DNA of 64,000 nucleotides from Octopus vulgaris (Eukaryota): NCBI GenBank assembly GCA_951406725.2, contig OX597815.1, positions 122,760,001 through 122,824,000 on the forward strand, written 5' to 3'. A model generated the notes under the pieces. That model had not been told where the DNA came from. It did no database searches and worked only from the letters and a program-made list of their open reading frames with translations. The position numbers and the translations under genes are program-made. This document shows, piece by piece, positions 1 through 14,625 of this stretch. Position 1 is the stretch's first letter, and each line of letters opens with the position of its first letter.

Positions 1-82
1 CACATTGAGAGTTATTCTGGAGAGGGCTTTTCATATTTATTTATTTATAATTTCTTAAATCAATGCATTCTGTGAAATATCA

Positions 83-382
83 ACTCTTTTACTTTTTTTT
101 ACTTGTTTCAGTCATGGGAGTGTGACCATGCTGGGGGCACTATATTGAAGGGTTTAGCCAAAATAAACCCCAGTACTTATTTTCTATGCCTGGTATTTGT
201 GCCGTCAATCTCTTTTGGCAAACCACTAAGAGCAGCACTAGTTGTCAAGCATTGGGGGACAAACATGAAGACACACACACAAGTTGAGGCTTCCACACAA
301 TTTTCATCTACCAAATCCACTCACAAAGCATTGGTCAGCCTAGGGTTATAGTTAGAAGATGCTTGCCCGAGGTGCCACACAG
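83..382 (-). repeat. SINE family A, degraded copy
   Basis: Shares cttgtttcagtcat, catgctgg, aaatccactcacaa and ggtgccac with the full copies at 28536 and 34039. Confidence 0.8.
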
Positions 383-446
383 AGTCAGAAGAAATGCAAC
401 TATGCATTTTGTCTGGCATACTAACAATTCTACCAGCTCACCACTT

Positions 447-940
447 TAATAATAATAATAATAATTATTATTATTATTATTTTTGTTAGCCACAGGAGTA
501 TGGACAAGGGGGACATCACAAGGGCAGACAACAGTTGTGTGGGGATTTATATAAAGGATGTGGAAGAAAAATGGAAAAGACAATGGAATACAATAAAAGT
601 ATACATATATAAAGTATGTGACAATATGAATGATGCAGTGCTCCTGATACAGGAGAAACTTCAACTAGGCCCAATCAAGGAATCTCACAGATCCAGGATT
701 ACATTGACCACCAAAGACATGAACTCTCTCCCAACTGTTGCTCTCAAATGTACCGGCACCAGCTCATAGTAGGGTCATTTATCTAACCATTTTCCCCACA
801 GTCTCCATCTTTTCACTGGGAGGTAGCACTTCCCTCTCTACACTCTTTTTAAAAAGTCAATAAGGGCTTGACCAAAGAGGAAGGTATCTTTCCTCAATCC
901 TTTCATTCTTGTCCACCACACAACTTCTTTTGCTATAGCC
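447..940 (-). mobile_element. Degraded 3' end of an L1/Tx1-like non-LTR retrotransposon
   Basis: Minus-strand remnant KEVVWWTRMKGLRKDTFLFGQALIDF resembles the W..R C-terminus of Tx1/L1 ORF2 and ends in a (TAA)n tract. Confidence 0.4.
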
Positions 941-1608
941 CTTTCTAATTTTAGTACAAGGCCAGCCATTTTGAGGGGAAGGGCAAGTCAGTTACAAGGA
1001 CCCGAGTACTTGACTGATACTTCACTTTATCAACACTGAAAGGATGAAAAGCAATGATGGCTTCAATCACATTTGAACGCAAACATAAAGAGCCAGGAGA
1101 AATACCACTAAACTTTTTTTCCAACATGCAACCGATTCTGCAAATAATAATAATAATAATAATGTAGTTCTTTTTTACATACATTTTAACAAAGCATATC
1201 TAAGATTCATTGAATAACGTAGTCCCAGATAAACTGAGGCTGAAAAAATGATGGGATGGAACATCTTTGATGATAGGTTTTCTATATCAAATTTGACCTG
1301 AGCTAAATAACAGCAAAGTGCTGTTATCCTCATTAACCCCAGAGTTTAACACTAGCAGAGATGAAAATAAGTAACAAACAGTCCATTTAAGGTCACCTTT
1401 GCTTGTCTCTGCTATGCCTACCACTAGAAAGAACTAAGATGTACATGGCTAGTTTAGACAGAGTAGGAAACTCAATTGAGTGCAAAGAGACAATAAGGTA
1501 ACGCCGTTAGTAGGAGAAGTTGGGAAGGTGAAAGGGGAGAGTAGTGTGTAGTCTCGGAAAGAAACAGGGAATGCTAAGCTAAGAGGAGTTAGTATAGGTA
1601 TGAGTTAA

Positions 1609-1828
1609 CCCTTTTGTTACCAACCCGGCTGAAATCGGCTCTGGTTCTGAGTACTAATGTCTTGTTTTCATAAGTTTTGAATTAAAATCTTTCACCAAAC
1701 CTTAGTCATAATTTATGTTTCTAACACTAGCTGAATGATAAATAAGTTATTTTACTAAATTCTTTGTTATATTTAAAGTAATTGAAAGAAACACAGAGCA
1801 CCTCAAAATAAATACAGTAACGAAAGGG
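1609..1828. mobile_element. piggyBac-type MITE, 220 bp
   Basis: TIRs CCCTTTTGTTAC / GTAACGAAAGGG with TTAA on both sides; a closely similar inverted copy lies at 51016-51235. Confidence 0.9.
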
Positions 1829-2559
1829 TTAAGGCACTTGTGAACATGACAGGTGGAATGAATGGAGTAGGAAACTCAATATTCCCAGACTGTTATTCTG
1901 CTCTTCATTTAATAAATCATATTCAGTATGTACCCAGGGTGAATATTAAACTTTTGCCTGTCCAAACCAATTTCATAAGTTTGTCCTAAATGTCCATGTT
2001 TGCTTTCAGAATTTTAGTTAGCCCTTGTTTTGCATGTTTTAGGTGATATAATGCTTTCCTTTTGTAAGTCCCAAGTTACCTAGTGGCTTTGATGGATGAA
2101 AGAAGTGGGAATGTGTATTATATATGATGCTTGGACACCAGAGAAATATGTCCTGTGTATCATATGTGATACAGAGGACAGGCAAAGGGGTTAACTAGGT
2201 GGAGACATGCAATTTCTGGGGCATTGGATGTGTGAACCATACTCTGCCTAAGTCCCCATGATCACCAGCACCACCTCTTCAAAAAAAAAAAAAATTTATG
2301 ACAGCTAGTAAGTGAGGGAGGCTCTATGTGGTTACTTAACCTTGTAGAAATAGAAACCAAATCTCTTCAAAATTTTACCTAACAGTGGTGTGAGATCCTG
2401 TGTTGGGGCAAAACAGAAAAACAGACATAAAACAATAATGGTGACAATGATGATGGTGATGGTGATGATGCAAGTTTAATGGTCCTTCATAAAAATTATT
2501 AAGTGCTAGCATCCCCACACATACACTTCTAATTGCAATAGTAACATGGATAATGGTCA

Positions 2560-2877
2560 CGACACAGACCATGGGATTGCACCTAAAAAGTTACCCTCCC
2601 AGGCACAAGTCCGAGTAAGATTGTTTATGGAAGACCAGCAGTCGCCCATGCATATCAGCCACCACTCTCCATGCTACCAATGTTATCCAAAGGAAAGGCA
2701 AAGGCCGATACAGCTTGGCACCTGTGATGTCGCAACTCATTTCTACAACTGAGTGAACTGGAGCAACATGAAATAAAGTGTCTTGCTCAAGAACACAACA
2801 CGCAGCTGGTCCAGGATTCGAGCTCACAACCTTATGATCATAAGCTTGATGCTCTAACCACTGAGCCATGTGCATTC
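2560..2877 (-). repeat. SINE family C copy
   Basis: Shares ggaagaccagcagtcgcccatgcata and ggaaaggcaaaggcc with 6180-6677; tRNA-like head tggctcagtggttagagc. Confidence 0.8.
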
Positions 2878-4337
2878 ATAATAGGACAAAATTTATCATG
2901 TTTACTCTCAACTGAAGTAAGGCTCTATAACCTCACTACTGCCTCCTGGTCCAATAAAAAAAAAAAAGAGAATGGACATTATGGAGGGGTCTCTAATAAA
3001 CCAGCCTCTCAGGTAATGTGTATTAGGCAGAAGTTAACAGAGCAACAATGAACTTTGTATTCCATAAAATTTAAAATGTACAATGATGACTTAAGAATTA
3101 CATAACATTTAAATACAAAGAAACAGGGGAAAAGAGAGATAAGAAAGAAAATAAAAAGGGTGGGAGCAAAGCAGCATAAGATGGAAGAGGAGGGAGCTAT
3201 GGTCCACATACCCCAAAATAAATGGTGTGTTCAGCAGTGTCTCTCAGTAATGACCACAATGGTGTTACTGCAGAGACAGATCAAGGACATTCACTGCAAC
3301 AGCCACTCCATCTTGCAGGGTACATTTTTTTAGACAAGCTGCAATCATCCCTACTTTGCAGAGAAAATTGGTAGTATGGGGTTTGAGAACACCCTAAGGC
3401 CTCAACAGCAATCAGCACAAAGCTGGTCAGGCTCAAGTTTATTGATTTTGTATGATGACTTGGTTTACTTAAAAGAATAAATATAATTGATTTGGAAGAG
3501 TAATATTTGGGGTTTGAATCCAGCCAAATTTGGAGAATAAGTAAAAAAAAAAAAAAAAAAAAACTGTTGTTTCACAGTTTTTTCTTGTACCAAATTTTAT
3601 GAATTGGCCAAACTGAGGTTATGATAGTTGATACATGTCCAAGGTGCCACGCAGCAGGATTGAACTTGGAACTATGCGACTGAGATGAATTTCTTACCAA
3701 CACAACCATGCCATTTCTAGCACTAAAAGACATGGGAACACAGAAAACAATTAGTCAACCAGCTAGTTCTATGCTGATAAACAATTCAATACTTCCACAT
3801 TTGTCTATGAGACCTATGACCAAAGATATTCTAACTGTGACCATCCTGTCTATTTTTTATTTTATTATCACCCAGAGCATTTAGTGTGACATTTGTTTAG
3901 TTTCTTTTATAAATTGTAGGGTGTCATTTGAGGGAGACTTGGCTGCTATTCCAAGCAGGTTAAGCAGTTGCACAATATGCTGAGATTTGGATTGAATACT
4001 AAGCATTAAATTGGCTACAATCTAATGCAAAGTATGTAACATCGTGGGTTAATACAGCTATGCAACAACAACCATATATATAAACACAAAATTTGTAAAC
4101 TTATTCAGACTATTCAAGCACAGAACAACCAATATAAAATTAAATGGATTCGTTGATTGATATTTTTTCAACCACAAACTTTAAACAATGAATCACTTCA
4201 TGAAATTCAATACTAATTAATAGATTCTTTTAAAATGGCACACTATGAAGAAGCTTTAATAAGAAAATCCATAGAATATCAAGTTTTTGTAATGTTGAAA
4301 GATAGAAGATACTTCCTTCTAGATATATGAAATAACC

Positions 4338-4942
4338 GGATCTTTACCTTTTGACCGACAGATTTAAAAAATAAATTTTTGTTAACAAAACACTTTCAAA
4401 CTTCGGACACTGGTAGAATGTGTCATATAAAATATCTTTTACTCTTAGCATTTTTGAGAAAAACTTATATTTACAAAGTAATTTCACGTCAAAGTATTCC
4501 TATTTTGGTCATTTCAACCAATCAATGACGTGTATTCAACTGAATAAAATTACTGCTGTTGTTTGCCAACAACAAACATCAGCGGTGTATTTTTTGTTTG
4601 TCACTGTTATTTATGACATCGTTTGTGTGTTTTGTACTGATTTTAACTTTAAGGGTTAGGGTTGTCATAAATAACAGTGACAAATGAAAAATACACCGCC
4701 GGAAGTTCGAGTTGACAAACAACAGCAGTAATTTTATTTAGCTGAATACACGTTATTGATTGGTTGGAATTAGCGAAGTAGGACTACCTTGACGTGAAAT
4801 TACTTCGTAAATATAAGTTTTTCTCAAAAATGCTAAGAGTAAAACATGTTTTATATGACACATTCTACCAATATCCGAAGTTTGAAAGTGTTTAGTTACA
4901 AAAAATTATGTTTTAAATCTGTACATCAAAAGGTAAAGATCC
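4338..4942. mobile_element. Long-palindrome (foldback) MITE with 8-bp TSD, Merlin- or MULE-like
   Basis: Imperfect inverted arms of about 280 bp starting GGATCTTTACCTTTTGA; exact TSD aaataacc at 4330-37 and 4943-50. Confidence 0.9.
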
Positions 4943-6179
4943 AAATAACCTTTTATTGAATACAGGGAAACCTGGTGCCACAATAACATCCACTTAGTAC
5001 ATTCTGCAAAATGTTTGTCAAATGAGCAGAGAAAACAGGGTTAAAAGGCCCCTTTAGTCTTATCTTGTCAAAGATACGGCAGCCTTTTTAGGGATTATGC
5101 TAAGATAAAATGCACCCAGTACACTCTGCAAAGTGTTTGATGTTAGTAAGGGCATTCAGCTGTAGAAACCATGCCAAAATAAAAAGTATGGGATGTAGTT
5201 CCACTGATCTAAGAGCAGTAACTCAACAAAATCTGACTCATACAATAACCCATCCAATCCATGCCAGCATGGAAAATGAACATGAAATAATCCTTTTGAC
5301 TATAAATGCTAAGCATTTTGTCCAGTGTGCTAATGGTTCTGCCATCTCACTACCTTAATGAATGTAAAATAATGATGAACGATGATGTTATTAGAAGACA
5401 CATTCAGTACATAACTACAGACAATAGCTTTTATTTTCCATAGTTTGATATTTCTGAGTTGTTTCAAAGACCAGCTAAATCATATGACAAATGGTAGATT
5501 GTGTCAATGTTTATATTCAAACAATAAGCAGATTCATTCATATATTTCAAATAAGCCAATTTATCTTTTGTTCAGCTGTTTTGTAGAATATACTCACAGC
5601 TTTAGAATTAAATTTTGCTGTAACATAATGACATATAATTGCAACACAATTTAAGGCTGTGGTTAGGTTTACTAATGGTCATTTCATACTACAGAGGTTG
5701 TATTCTAAATATTCTCTCTTTGGAATATTATAGAAGAGAAAATTGATAAAATATTTAAATATCTTTAAAGAGGACTTCTTCCAGCTGTAGGCTCCACCTA
5801 TCTCTCACTTCGATCTTAGATGGCTTGTATTTGGTTATTTGACAAGCTAGAAGCAGCAACCAAACTACTCTTATATCATATCTTAACACCTTAAACAAGG
5901 AAATACACAATGGATAATATATTCCTTAATAAACTGTCTGAATAAAATAATATGTAATGGTCATGGCTGGAATGCTTTGATCATAAATCTACTGTATCAC
6001 AGTTGATCTTAGGCTAATACCTCCATACCACCACAACTCTCAAATCAAAAGCTTTCAGTAGAAATTGTTAGTGTGTATCAATGTAGCTCTCTCTTGCTCT
6101 AATTCACATTATAACAACTAAAATGATCTTGAAAATGTGATTAAGATAAATGTAGTTAATTAATCTAATTGCTAAATAT

Positions 6180-6677
6180 GTGTGTGTGTGATCCCCTTCA
6201 GTCATGAATGACCATGGGGTTGCACCTAGAATGTCACCAAGGTTGTTTATGGAAGACCAGCAGTCGCCCATGCATACCAGCCTCCCCTCTCCACGCCACT
6301 GATGTTATCCAAGGGAAAGGCAAAGGCCAATACAGCTTGGCACCAGTGACGTCACAGCACATTTATTAACGTGCAAGTGGCTGAGCACTCCACAGACACG
6401 TGTACCCATAACGTAATTTTTGGGGGAGATTCAACGTGATACAGAGTGTGACAAGGCTGGTACTTTGAAATACAGTACAACAGAAACAGGAAGAAAGAGT
6501 GAGAGAAAGTTGTGGTGAAAGAGTACAGCAGGGTTCCACCCCACCCCCTGCCGGAGCCTCATGGAGCTTTAGATGTTTTTGCTCAATAAACACTTACAAT
6601 GCCTGGTCTGGGAATCGAAACCACGATCCTACGACCGCAAGTCTGCTGCCCTAACCACTGGGCTATTGCGCCTCCAC
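6180..6677 (-). repeat. tRNA-derived SINE family C, full length; related copies at ~2560-2877, 14185-14300, 54420-54660, 60830-60975
   Basis: Head with A-box-like tagcccagtggttagg and B-box gtttcgattccc; 13-bp TSD aattgctaaatat at 6167-79 and 6678-90. Confidence 0.85.
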
Positions 6678-7771
6678 AATTGCTAAATATATATTAACAC
6701 AAATGATGTCGGTAAAAACTCTGTTGTATTAGTACATGTTATATATTTGACTACCTCTCAAAGTAAGGGATTTGTTAACAAGCTATTTTTTATCTACAAA
6801 ATGTGAATCGTTCCTCAGCATAACACCAGCTGGTGGTGTAATTGTTTTCTGGTGTTCACATATGCTTTTGCACTGGAAGTAAACACAAGCACAGCTAAGT
6901 TAAAAAGGAAGTTTACATCACAACCACATGGTTCTGGGTTCAGTCCCTCTGCCTGTAGAGTATTTTTGGCAAGTATCTTCTGTCATAACTTTGGGTTGAT
7001 CAATACTGTAAATGAAATTTGGTAGATGGAAACAGATCAGAACTTGTCATGTATGTAAGGTGAGTTCTATACAGTTTCCTCTTAATCAGTCGTTATAAAA
7101 ATAATATTAAAATTCAGGGCAGCTTTCTTTAGAAGAATTAATACATCATTTATCTATAGTTTAAAGTAAATAAAGTTGAAGTCATACCAGATTAATATCA
7201 TATGTTTGATATAATGTGAAAGACAAAGAACGTAGAAGCAAACTGCAGTAGGAAATGTTGCATATAATAGAATAAATGCAGATTAGTGGCTGAAAAAAGA
7301 TAGCATGAGACTGATTCATCCAACCTACACAACTATAGGAAGCTAAAACAGAAATACTTCTAATTGTTATCTGTAAACAATCCCACCAGCCACTCTATTT
7401 ATGAACCAAAATAATGGTTTATAATCTTACAAAATATTTACTTTATATGTTTTTTATAGATTAATGGATAGATTTTTTTTTCTTTCATATCATGTGTTTT
7501 GCATGCAATCATGTCATTGGTTAAAAAATTTCCAGTAGGCCAATCACTTGTTAACTGGAGTTCCAATGCTAAGAGTGACAAGGAAGGTGTAACTCTGGTT
7601 TAATAAACGCTACTTAGTATTTTTGTTTGAATGCACCAGTTTATTAGTTTGCTTTCTGATGCTTGCATTTTTTTTTTGCCAATATGCATTGTCAAACAAC
7701 ACACACACCAGAAACAGCTGTAAGTTAATGAAGTTCATAAGAAAAATGATTATTCCTTTGTCTTCTCATTT

Positions 7772-7833
<62 letters not shown>

Positions 7834-8156
7834 ATAGATATATTAATTCCAAGAAAGTTGGAGATTGTGAATCCAACCAACTAAGGGATAATATCTATCC
7901 AATATACTGCTGGTAGAATACCCAATTATTAATACACAAGTGTTTTTTATTGCATCACAATTTATATTCCTGTATGTTATATTTTAATAATTACTGGTAT
8001 CTTTTTATATATTAATATATTTTTATATGTAAAGCATATGTTATACATGTATGTATATTCTTGTAATTGTCATTTTAGTAAATAAATAAATAAGCTGACT
8101 TAATATAATGTCTAAAAGTTGGTGAACCACCTATTGACCCCTTCATTTTCTTATTG

Positions 8157-8233
<77 letters not shown>

Positions 8234-11200
8234 TGAATACTTACAAACACGTACACTATCTGCTCCACATTTTCCTTTTCTAAATGACACTCATAAGGCA
8301 CTAATCAAACCATGTCTAACTAAAACAGGTATAATCAAAAGCTCTACCTAGAAATATTAAATGTCTATTGAAATTTCGAATTCTGTATTGGCATGTTAAT
8401 TGGTATCCACTTTGTTTATAATATTCACTAATGGTACATAGTAAATATTTAACATTTTGTATCAGTATTAAAAATTCAATAACAATCTATTAAAAGGAAT
8501 AGATATAGTAAAATTATTTTGCATAATGTGTTAGTGTATCTGTTTTTAAGTAAGCAACTGATTATAGATTATTAGTTAGGACTTTCATTAAGCAATACTG
8601 CAATTAAAAGATGGAAATCATCTATATTAAGAAGGCAAAATATTTAATTATGTGCTGCTATTTCTGCTAAAGCATACATTGATCAAGCTCATAACCAGCT
8701 CTTCAAGGTTTTGTTTCCCATTTATTTGTAATTATTTTAAAACTATCCAGTTTATATTTATGCAACATAGATAATAACAACAAAGACTGGTGGGTTTTCT
8801 TTGATGTTGTATATGTCAGATGATGAAAGACAGTGATGAGTGACATGATGTTGTGTTGCAACAGAGCTGTCCAACCCATGTAAACATGGAAAAACAAACA
8901 ACGTAGAACAATCATGAAGATATATCAGTGGTCACAAAAGAATTCAGTATCGTTATTCCTTGCAATGACTGAATGTAATTAGAGTATTTTATAAACTTTT
9001 CTTGTCAATGATATTATTGAACTTACCAGTGTAGTTACTATTAGAGAACATTTCAAACTGCACAGGAAAATATTTTAATAAAAAATGAACCCTTTAAAAT
9101 TTTAGCTATGTTTTATCAACCATATCACAAAAATTGACCAAGATGCTCAGCCATCATGTGTTCCATTCCCTCATTTGTAATATCTAGTAAATGAATATGA
9201 ACTATTACTTAGATATATGTACAAGTATCCCTGCCTATATAAAAACTATTTCAGATATGTCATGAGTATCCTGCAAAATTTTCATACACCAATATGAATT
9301 TGAAAATGTTATGCCTGTGTAAAGCATCAATATTACTTCCATCAACCATTTTTTATCTTCTCTCTTCTAATACCAAATACTACATTTAAACAACTCTTTC
9401 TAATAACCAAGAACAAAGCCCAGTCATCCTCAATTCTCTGCCCCTATTCTCTCTCTATCCAACTTCTTGTACCTTAACAGTATACCCTGATATCTCATTT
9501 CCAATATCATTTCTCCCTTTTCTGCTGAAGTACTCATGTATCACCTCAATAGTAAGACACATGTTCCTGTCTCTCTTTCCTACTTTAGCCTCTCTGTATC
9601 TGGCAACAAGCTAACTCCCTCAATACTGCACCCCCAGCTCTATAAAGGGCTTTTGTTGTACATGTTACTTGGTGATCTCATTAGTTGTTGGTACCACAAA
9701 AAGAAAAAAATAGCACCCAGTACAATGTGAAATGGTTGGTATAGGGAAGGGTGTCCAGCCATAGGAACCTTGCTAAAGCAGACACTGGAGACCAATGCAG
9801 TCCTGTCAAACCACCCAACTCATGCCATCATGGAACATGGACATTAAATATTACTGATGATGATGAAAGCACAACGTTGTGCTAAATAGCTGTAGGCAGA
9901 ATGTCCAATTATTTACTTAAGTGCACAATTTTCTTGTGTTTATCAGATTTAAAAGATAATTTGATATCTTTAAATAGCAGTAAATTGGCAGAGTTGTCAG
10001 AGTATTGGATAGAATACCTTGTGGTATTTGTTTCGGCCCACCAGAGTTCAAATTTCAATAAGGTTAATTTTGCTTTTCATCTTTTCAAAATTGATAAAAA
10101 AATACCAATCCAAACTAGTGGATTGGTGGGAGTGTTAAGGGGTCACAGTAGATACTTCGCAATGTCTTTGCTGGCTTTTTGTGTTCTGATAGTCATGCTT
10201 GTGATAACACTGTTTCCAAGTTCTATCAACCAAAGTCAGTGGTCTTTCCCTTGAATATACATCACTGATGTGGAGATGGAAGACTTGCACATGGCAGTCT
10301 TCCTCAGAAAGATCTTTACCAGTCCTGCACATACATGGTCAACCATGACTGATGTAGGTTCTATACACACACAGTATTTCCTATGTGTACAGTTAAATGT
10401 ACAACTTCTACTGGTGTATTCAAAGCTAAACAGAGTATAATCATCTAGTCTATTTCCAGTATAATGGTGTGATTACTACTTTAGTTAGTAGCAATATCAA
10501 GTATGATATATAGAACAAATACGAAAAAATATGATAAACACAAGATGCAGTTTATACCATTTGTTTCTTGTGTATATGTATATCATCATCATTTAACATC
10601 CATGTCCCATGCCAGCATGGGCTGGACAATTTAACGAGGATCCAATGAGTCATTGACTACATTGTGTTTCAGTGTCTGCTTTGGCATCGTTTCTATAGCT
10701 GGATGTCCTTACTAATACCAACCACTTAACAGTGTGTACTGGGTGATTTTTTTTCTTCCCCAACAAAAAAGAAAAGCCATATAAGCAAAGTAACATACCC
10801 ACACATCTGTAGTAATATACATATTACACCACAGAACTACAGTAATGTATACATATGTTGATATATTACACCGTAAAGCCACAGTAATATACATACAAGT
10901 ACGGTAATACACAGTATATAAGGTTTGTAAACAATTTATATTTTCTTTTACTTTACCAGTTATTGCCTGAATAACCTTAATTTTGTAAAATTATGATGAA
11001 TTGGGGCATCCAGCCGTAGAAACACTGCCAAATCTGACTGGGCCTGATGAAGCCTCCCGGCTTCACAGACCCCAGTTAAACCGTCCAACCCATGCTAGCA
11101 TGGAAAACGGATGCTAAATGATGATAATGATGATGATGAACATTTATGTTAAGATTAGTCATTTAGTATATTATAATGTGCAAATAGTTCAAATTTTCTT

Positions 11201-11779
11201 TAATAAATTAATCCTTAGATGCCAATTATGATTACCTTAACTCATCATCTAATTGTATATGATCATAGAATATAGAGAAACCATAGACATCACATAGGGA
11301 TTACCAATATATGAAATACAGTTGAGATAGATGACGACAGTAAATTATGTATCATATTTCCTTTTTAGTTTCTATGTACCACAAGAAAGATAAATCTATT
11401 TGTACTATAAATCACTAATTCATACATTGAAAAGTAACTATGTTCTATTACAAAATTAATAGAATATATGGTTTGAGTTAAATGTATGGTAGAAATAGCA
11501 TTATACATGCTCTTGAAATAAAGTTCTTTTTGTTATGTGTGTCGTGGTTAGAGAAAGCTTTGTTAAAATGGCAAAACTAAATGATATTCTTAGTTTGTAA
11601 CTTGGTGGAGTAGAGATACAACAATTTGATGTCTCAACTATAAAATAGCTTGCAAGGGCTAACTAAAGCAAGAGCTGTGTCCACCAATTACTATTCTTGT
11701 TGGGGTACAAGTTGAAAAGAGAAAGAGAGAGCACAGAGAACTGCACAGGCAGGCTGAATACTGGCTCCAATAGCAAGTA

Positions 11780-12343
11780 TTGGGTTATCCAGAAAGTTTG
11801 TGCTAATTTTTAAAGGATAGAAAAAGGTCAATAAATATGTGCCATTACATTTTTAATCAACCAAATATGAACCATTTTGTTGTACAAAGCGTCTCCATCT
11901 TTCCTTTAACTTGAAAATACCCTCTTCCCAGAACTGAGGTGGTTTCGTGGCAAAGAATTCATCAAGGTATCTTTTTACATCATCCAAGGAATTGAAATTT
12001 TTACCATTAAGACTATTCTGTAGAGACCTGAATAAGTGGAAATCCGAAGGAGCAATATCTGGTGAATATGGAAGGTAGGGTAACACATCCCAAGGGCTGC
12101 AGCAATTTTTGTCTGGTTCCCAAAGCAACAAGTGCCGAAAATGAACTTTTTTATCTTCCATTTTAAAGGGTTACACAATTAACACAGGTTATAGGAACAT
12201 AAATCTTCTTCCATGAAAAAATAGCTTAAACTGTGCTCTAAATGGAGGTGTAGTCAAATCCTATTTTATGGATTCAACCATGTTCTAAAATAAGTCGAAA
12301 GGTAAGCTACTATAAATCGGCACGAACTTTCCAGACAACCCAA
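11780..12343 (-). mobile_element. Internally deleted mariner transposon, 564 bp
   Basis: TIRs of about 30 bp (ttgggttatccagaaagtttgtgctaattt / aaatcggcacgaactttccagacaacccaa), TA TSD, and ORF 11853-12161 with the YSPDIAPSDFHLF motif. Confidence 0.92.
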
Positions 12344-14374
12344 TATTTGGCAAAGAGATATTGTACGCTGATTGGTCCAAATAAACCAATGCAAAATGGT
12401 AGTATTATAAAACTTTATCTAGTTGCATGAGTATTACCACATATCATCTAGTTATATTAACCATCTGACAATATTTCAATTAGATATTTTATTAAAGAGC
12501 TTTAGTGTATAATCAGACCAAAAGTATTAGAAATTAGAAAAAGAAAATGATGAAACATTGATGAGATGGAAAAAAAAAACAAAAAAAAAAAACAATGAAA
12601 TCTGTTGAACAGTGAAATTTATTAATGATGAAAAACAAACATTTTTTTATTGATTAATTCTGTTTCCTTTTTTATTTTTTAACATGCATTTACAGTAGAA
12701 GCTGTAATGTTTAATTTTTGTAAATCATATTAATAATGAAGGACAAAATGTCAATGATTAAACACAGCCATAAAAAAAAAAATGAAATATACACAGCCTT
12801 GTTTGACAAGTATTTATATATTTTTTTTGGTATTTTTTTTTTAATTGTCAGAGGAAAATATATTTTTGATAAACAGTAAGTAAAAAAATAGATTCTACTT
12901 ATATAGGATATGTCAATATTTCAAACTTCAGAGTGAAATATGCTGAAGACATTTCAAAGTTTCAAAAGAAAAGTAAAACAGATCAGAAAAAAAAGAGAAA
13001 GAGAGGTACCAGCTAAACTGACACATGAAAATTGTTGTGAAGTTTTAGAATAGTTAACGTTATATATATATATACATATATATCATTCATACTTTTATGA
13101 GATCAATATTTAAGAAGACACGGTTGCAACTTCACATTTGTTATTGTGTTGATTTAGCTTGGATTTACTCTACTACATTAGTTGTGTGTTACACTTCTAA
13201 TTAATAAAGTGCTCAGAACAATACTTTAGGAACAATGGTAAACATTGTAAAGCAAAAGTAAAAACTCTTATTGTTCTTTCTACTTTAGTTTCTTAATGTT
13301 ATTGATAGATTATTATACTAATACAAAGTTTAGTAGGTACTTAATTTACCAATTTATATTGCTGAACTACTGCAAAGTCAGAGAACATAAAGGAACATAA
13401 ACATAAACACAACACACACACACACATATATAGAGAGAGAGTATGCGACATTATTATGGGTTTAATGAGTTCCAATGATATAAAAAAGTATTCAGTACTG
13501 TTAAGAAGAGTTGAATAATATTTGTTGAATGCATAAGTCATTATTCAGAGTTTCTCATTGCCATTTTACATGCAACTATGCAGAAGCCTTCAGACGGACA
13601 AACACACACACACACACATGTATATGTATGTTTATGGCTTTAGGTAAGGTTTATATAATGTAATGGTTTCATAAATGGCTTGTAAGAGGAGTTTCTTAGC
13701 TTCAAGACTATGTTGAGAAATTGACTACTAACAGTAAACGAGAAACCCAAGTTCTTAAAGAATCTATGTTCTTTCTAAACCTGTCTCTATAGTGAAGCTT
13801 GAAACTGCAAAGAGTAATCCATTATCTCTATATAAGCCACCAATGATGAAAGTCAATTAATCATACAGAACCTATGTATGATCTGACAATCTTGCTGATT
13901 TCAGTAGTTTCAAAATTTCTAAAGATTATGCTTACTTTAAAAGGCTTGGTGTTGTTTTTCTTGATCCATGAAACATTGTTGTAGAAGATGAAGATTATAT
14001 CAATTTTTGATATTATTTTGATTTCTGATACCTTTATTTAGGGTATTTATTTGTCATAGCATAGTTCAGTTACAGGTTCTTTTCAAGTAGGATATTTGGA
14101 AAGAAAACATTTCACAGATTTAAATCAATACTCGTAAACAGATTTAGTATCATCATTGGGCGATTATTCACACACACACATATGAAGGCACATAGCCTAG
14201 TAATTAGAGTGTTGCACTCATGGTCACATGTTGTGTTCTTGAGCAAAACACTTCATTTCACATTGCTTCATTCCACTCAGCTGTAAATATGTAATCTGGC
14301 AACAGACTGACATTCTACTGAGAGGCTTGGGGTGTATGGGGACCCTATTAGACACCAGATTCCTTGTCACAGCT

Positions 14375-14625
14375 TGTTTAAAGGAATGCAAAACACCACG
14401 TTTGGCTGCAGTTGTTGGAAAAGTACTGAGTTAAACACAACACCATCTGATGAATTGTAATAAGGTATGGAAGACAAGCTGGAATTGCAGCATATGTTCC
14501 AAAGGGAACTATTTCAAAGGAAATTGAACATGAATACAAATAATAAATGAAATATATCATTTACTCATATTCATGGTTTTATTTATATTCCCTAGTTTTA
14601 TGCAGCATTCAGATATCACCTCATA
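14375..14625 (+). mobile_element. 3' remnant of a mariner-type transposon
   Basis: Remnant peptide WKTSWNCSICSKGNYFKG resembles the mariner C-terminus (W..RW..C....G.YFEG); ends in TIR-like cacctca-TA. Confidence 0.55.

Noticed and set aside
5444-5493. Possible plus-strand micro-exon (FDISELFQRPAKSYDK) with AG/GT ends
   Set aside because: No partner exons or recognisable domain were found, and such sites are common by chance.
6600-6677. tRNA-like sequence with A and B boxes
   Set aside because: It is the head of a TSD-flanked SINE and I could not fold a complete cloverleaf, so it is not called as a tRNA gene.
7510-7570. Cluster of CCAAT/ATTGG boxes
   Set aside because: There is no associated gene start in the window, and the motif is too short to support a promoter call.
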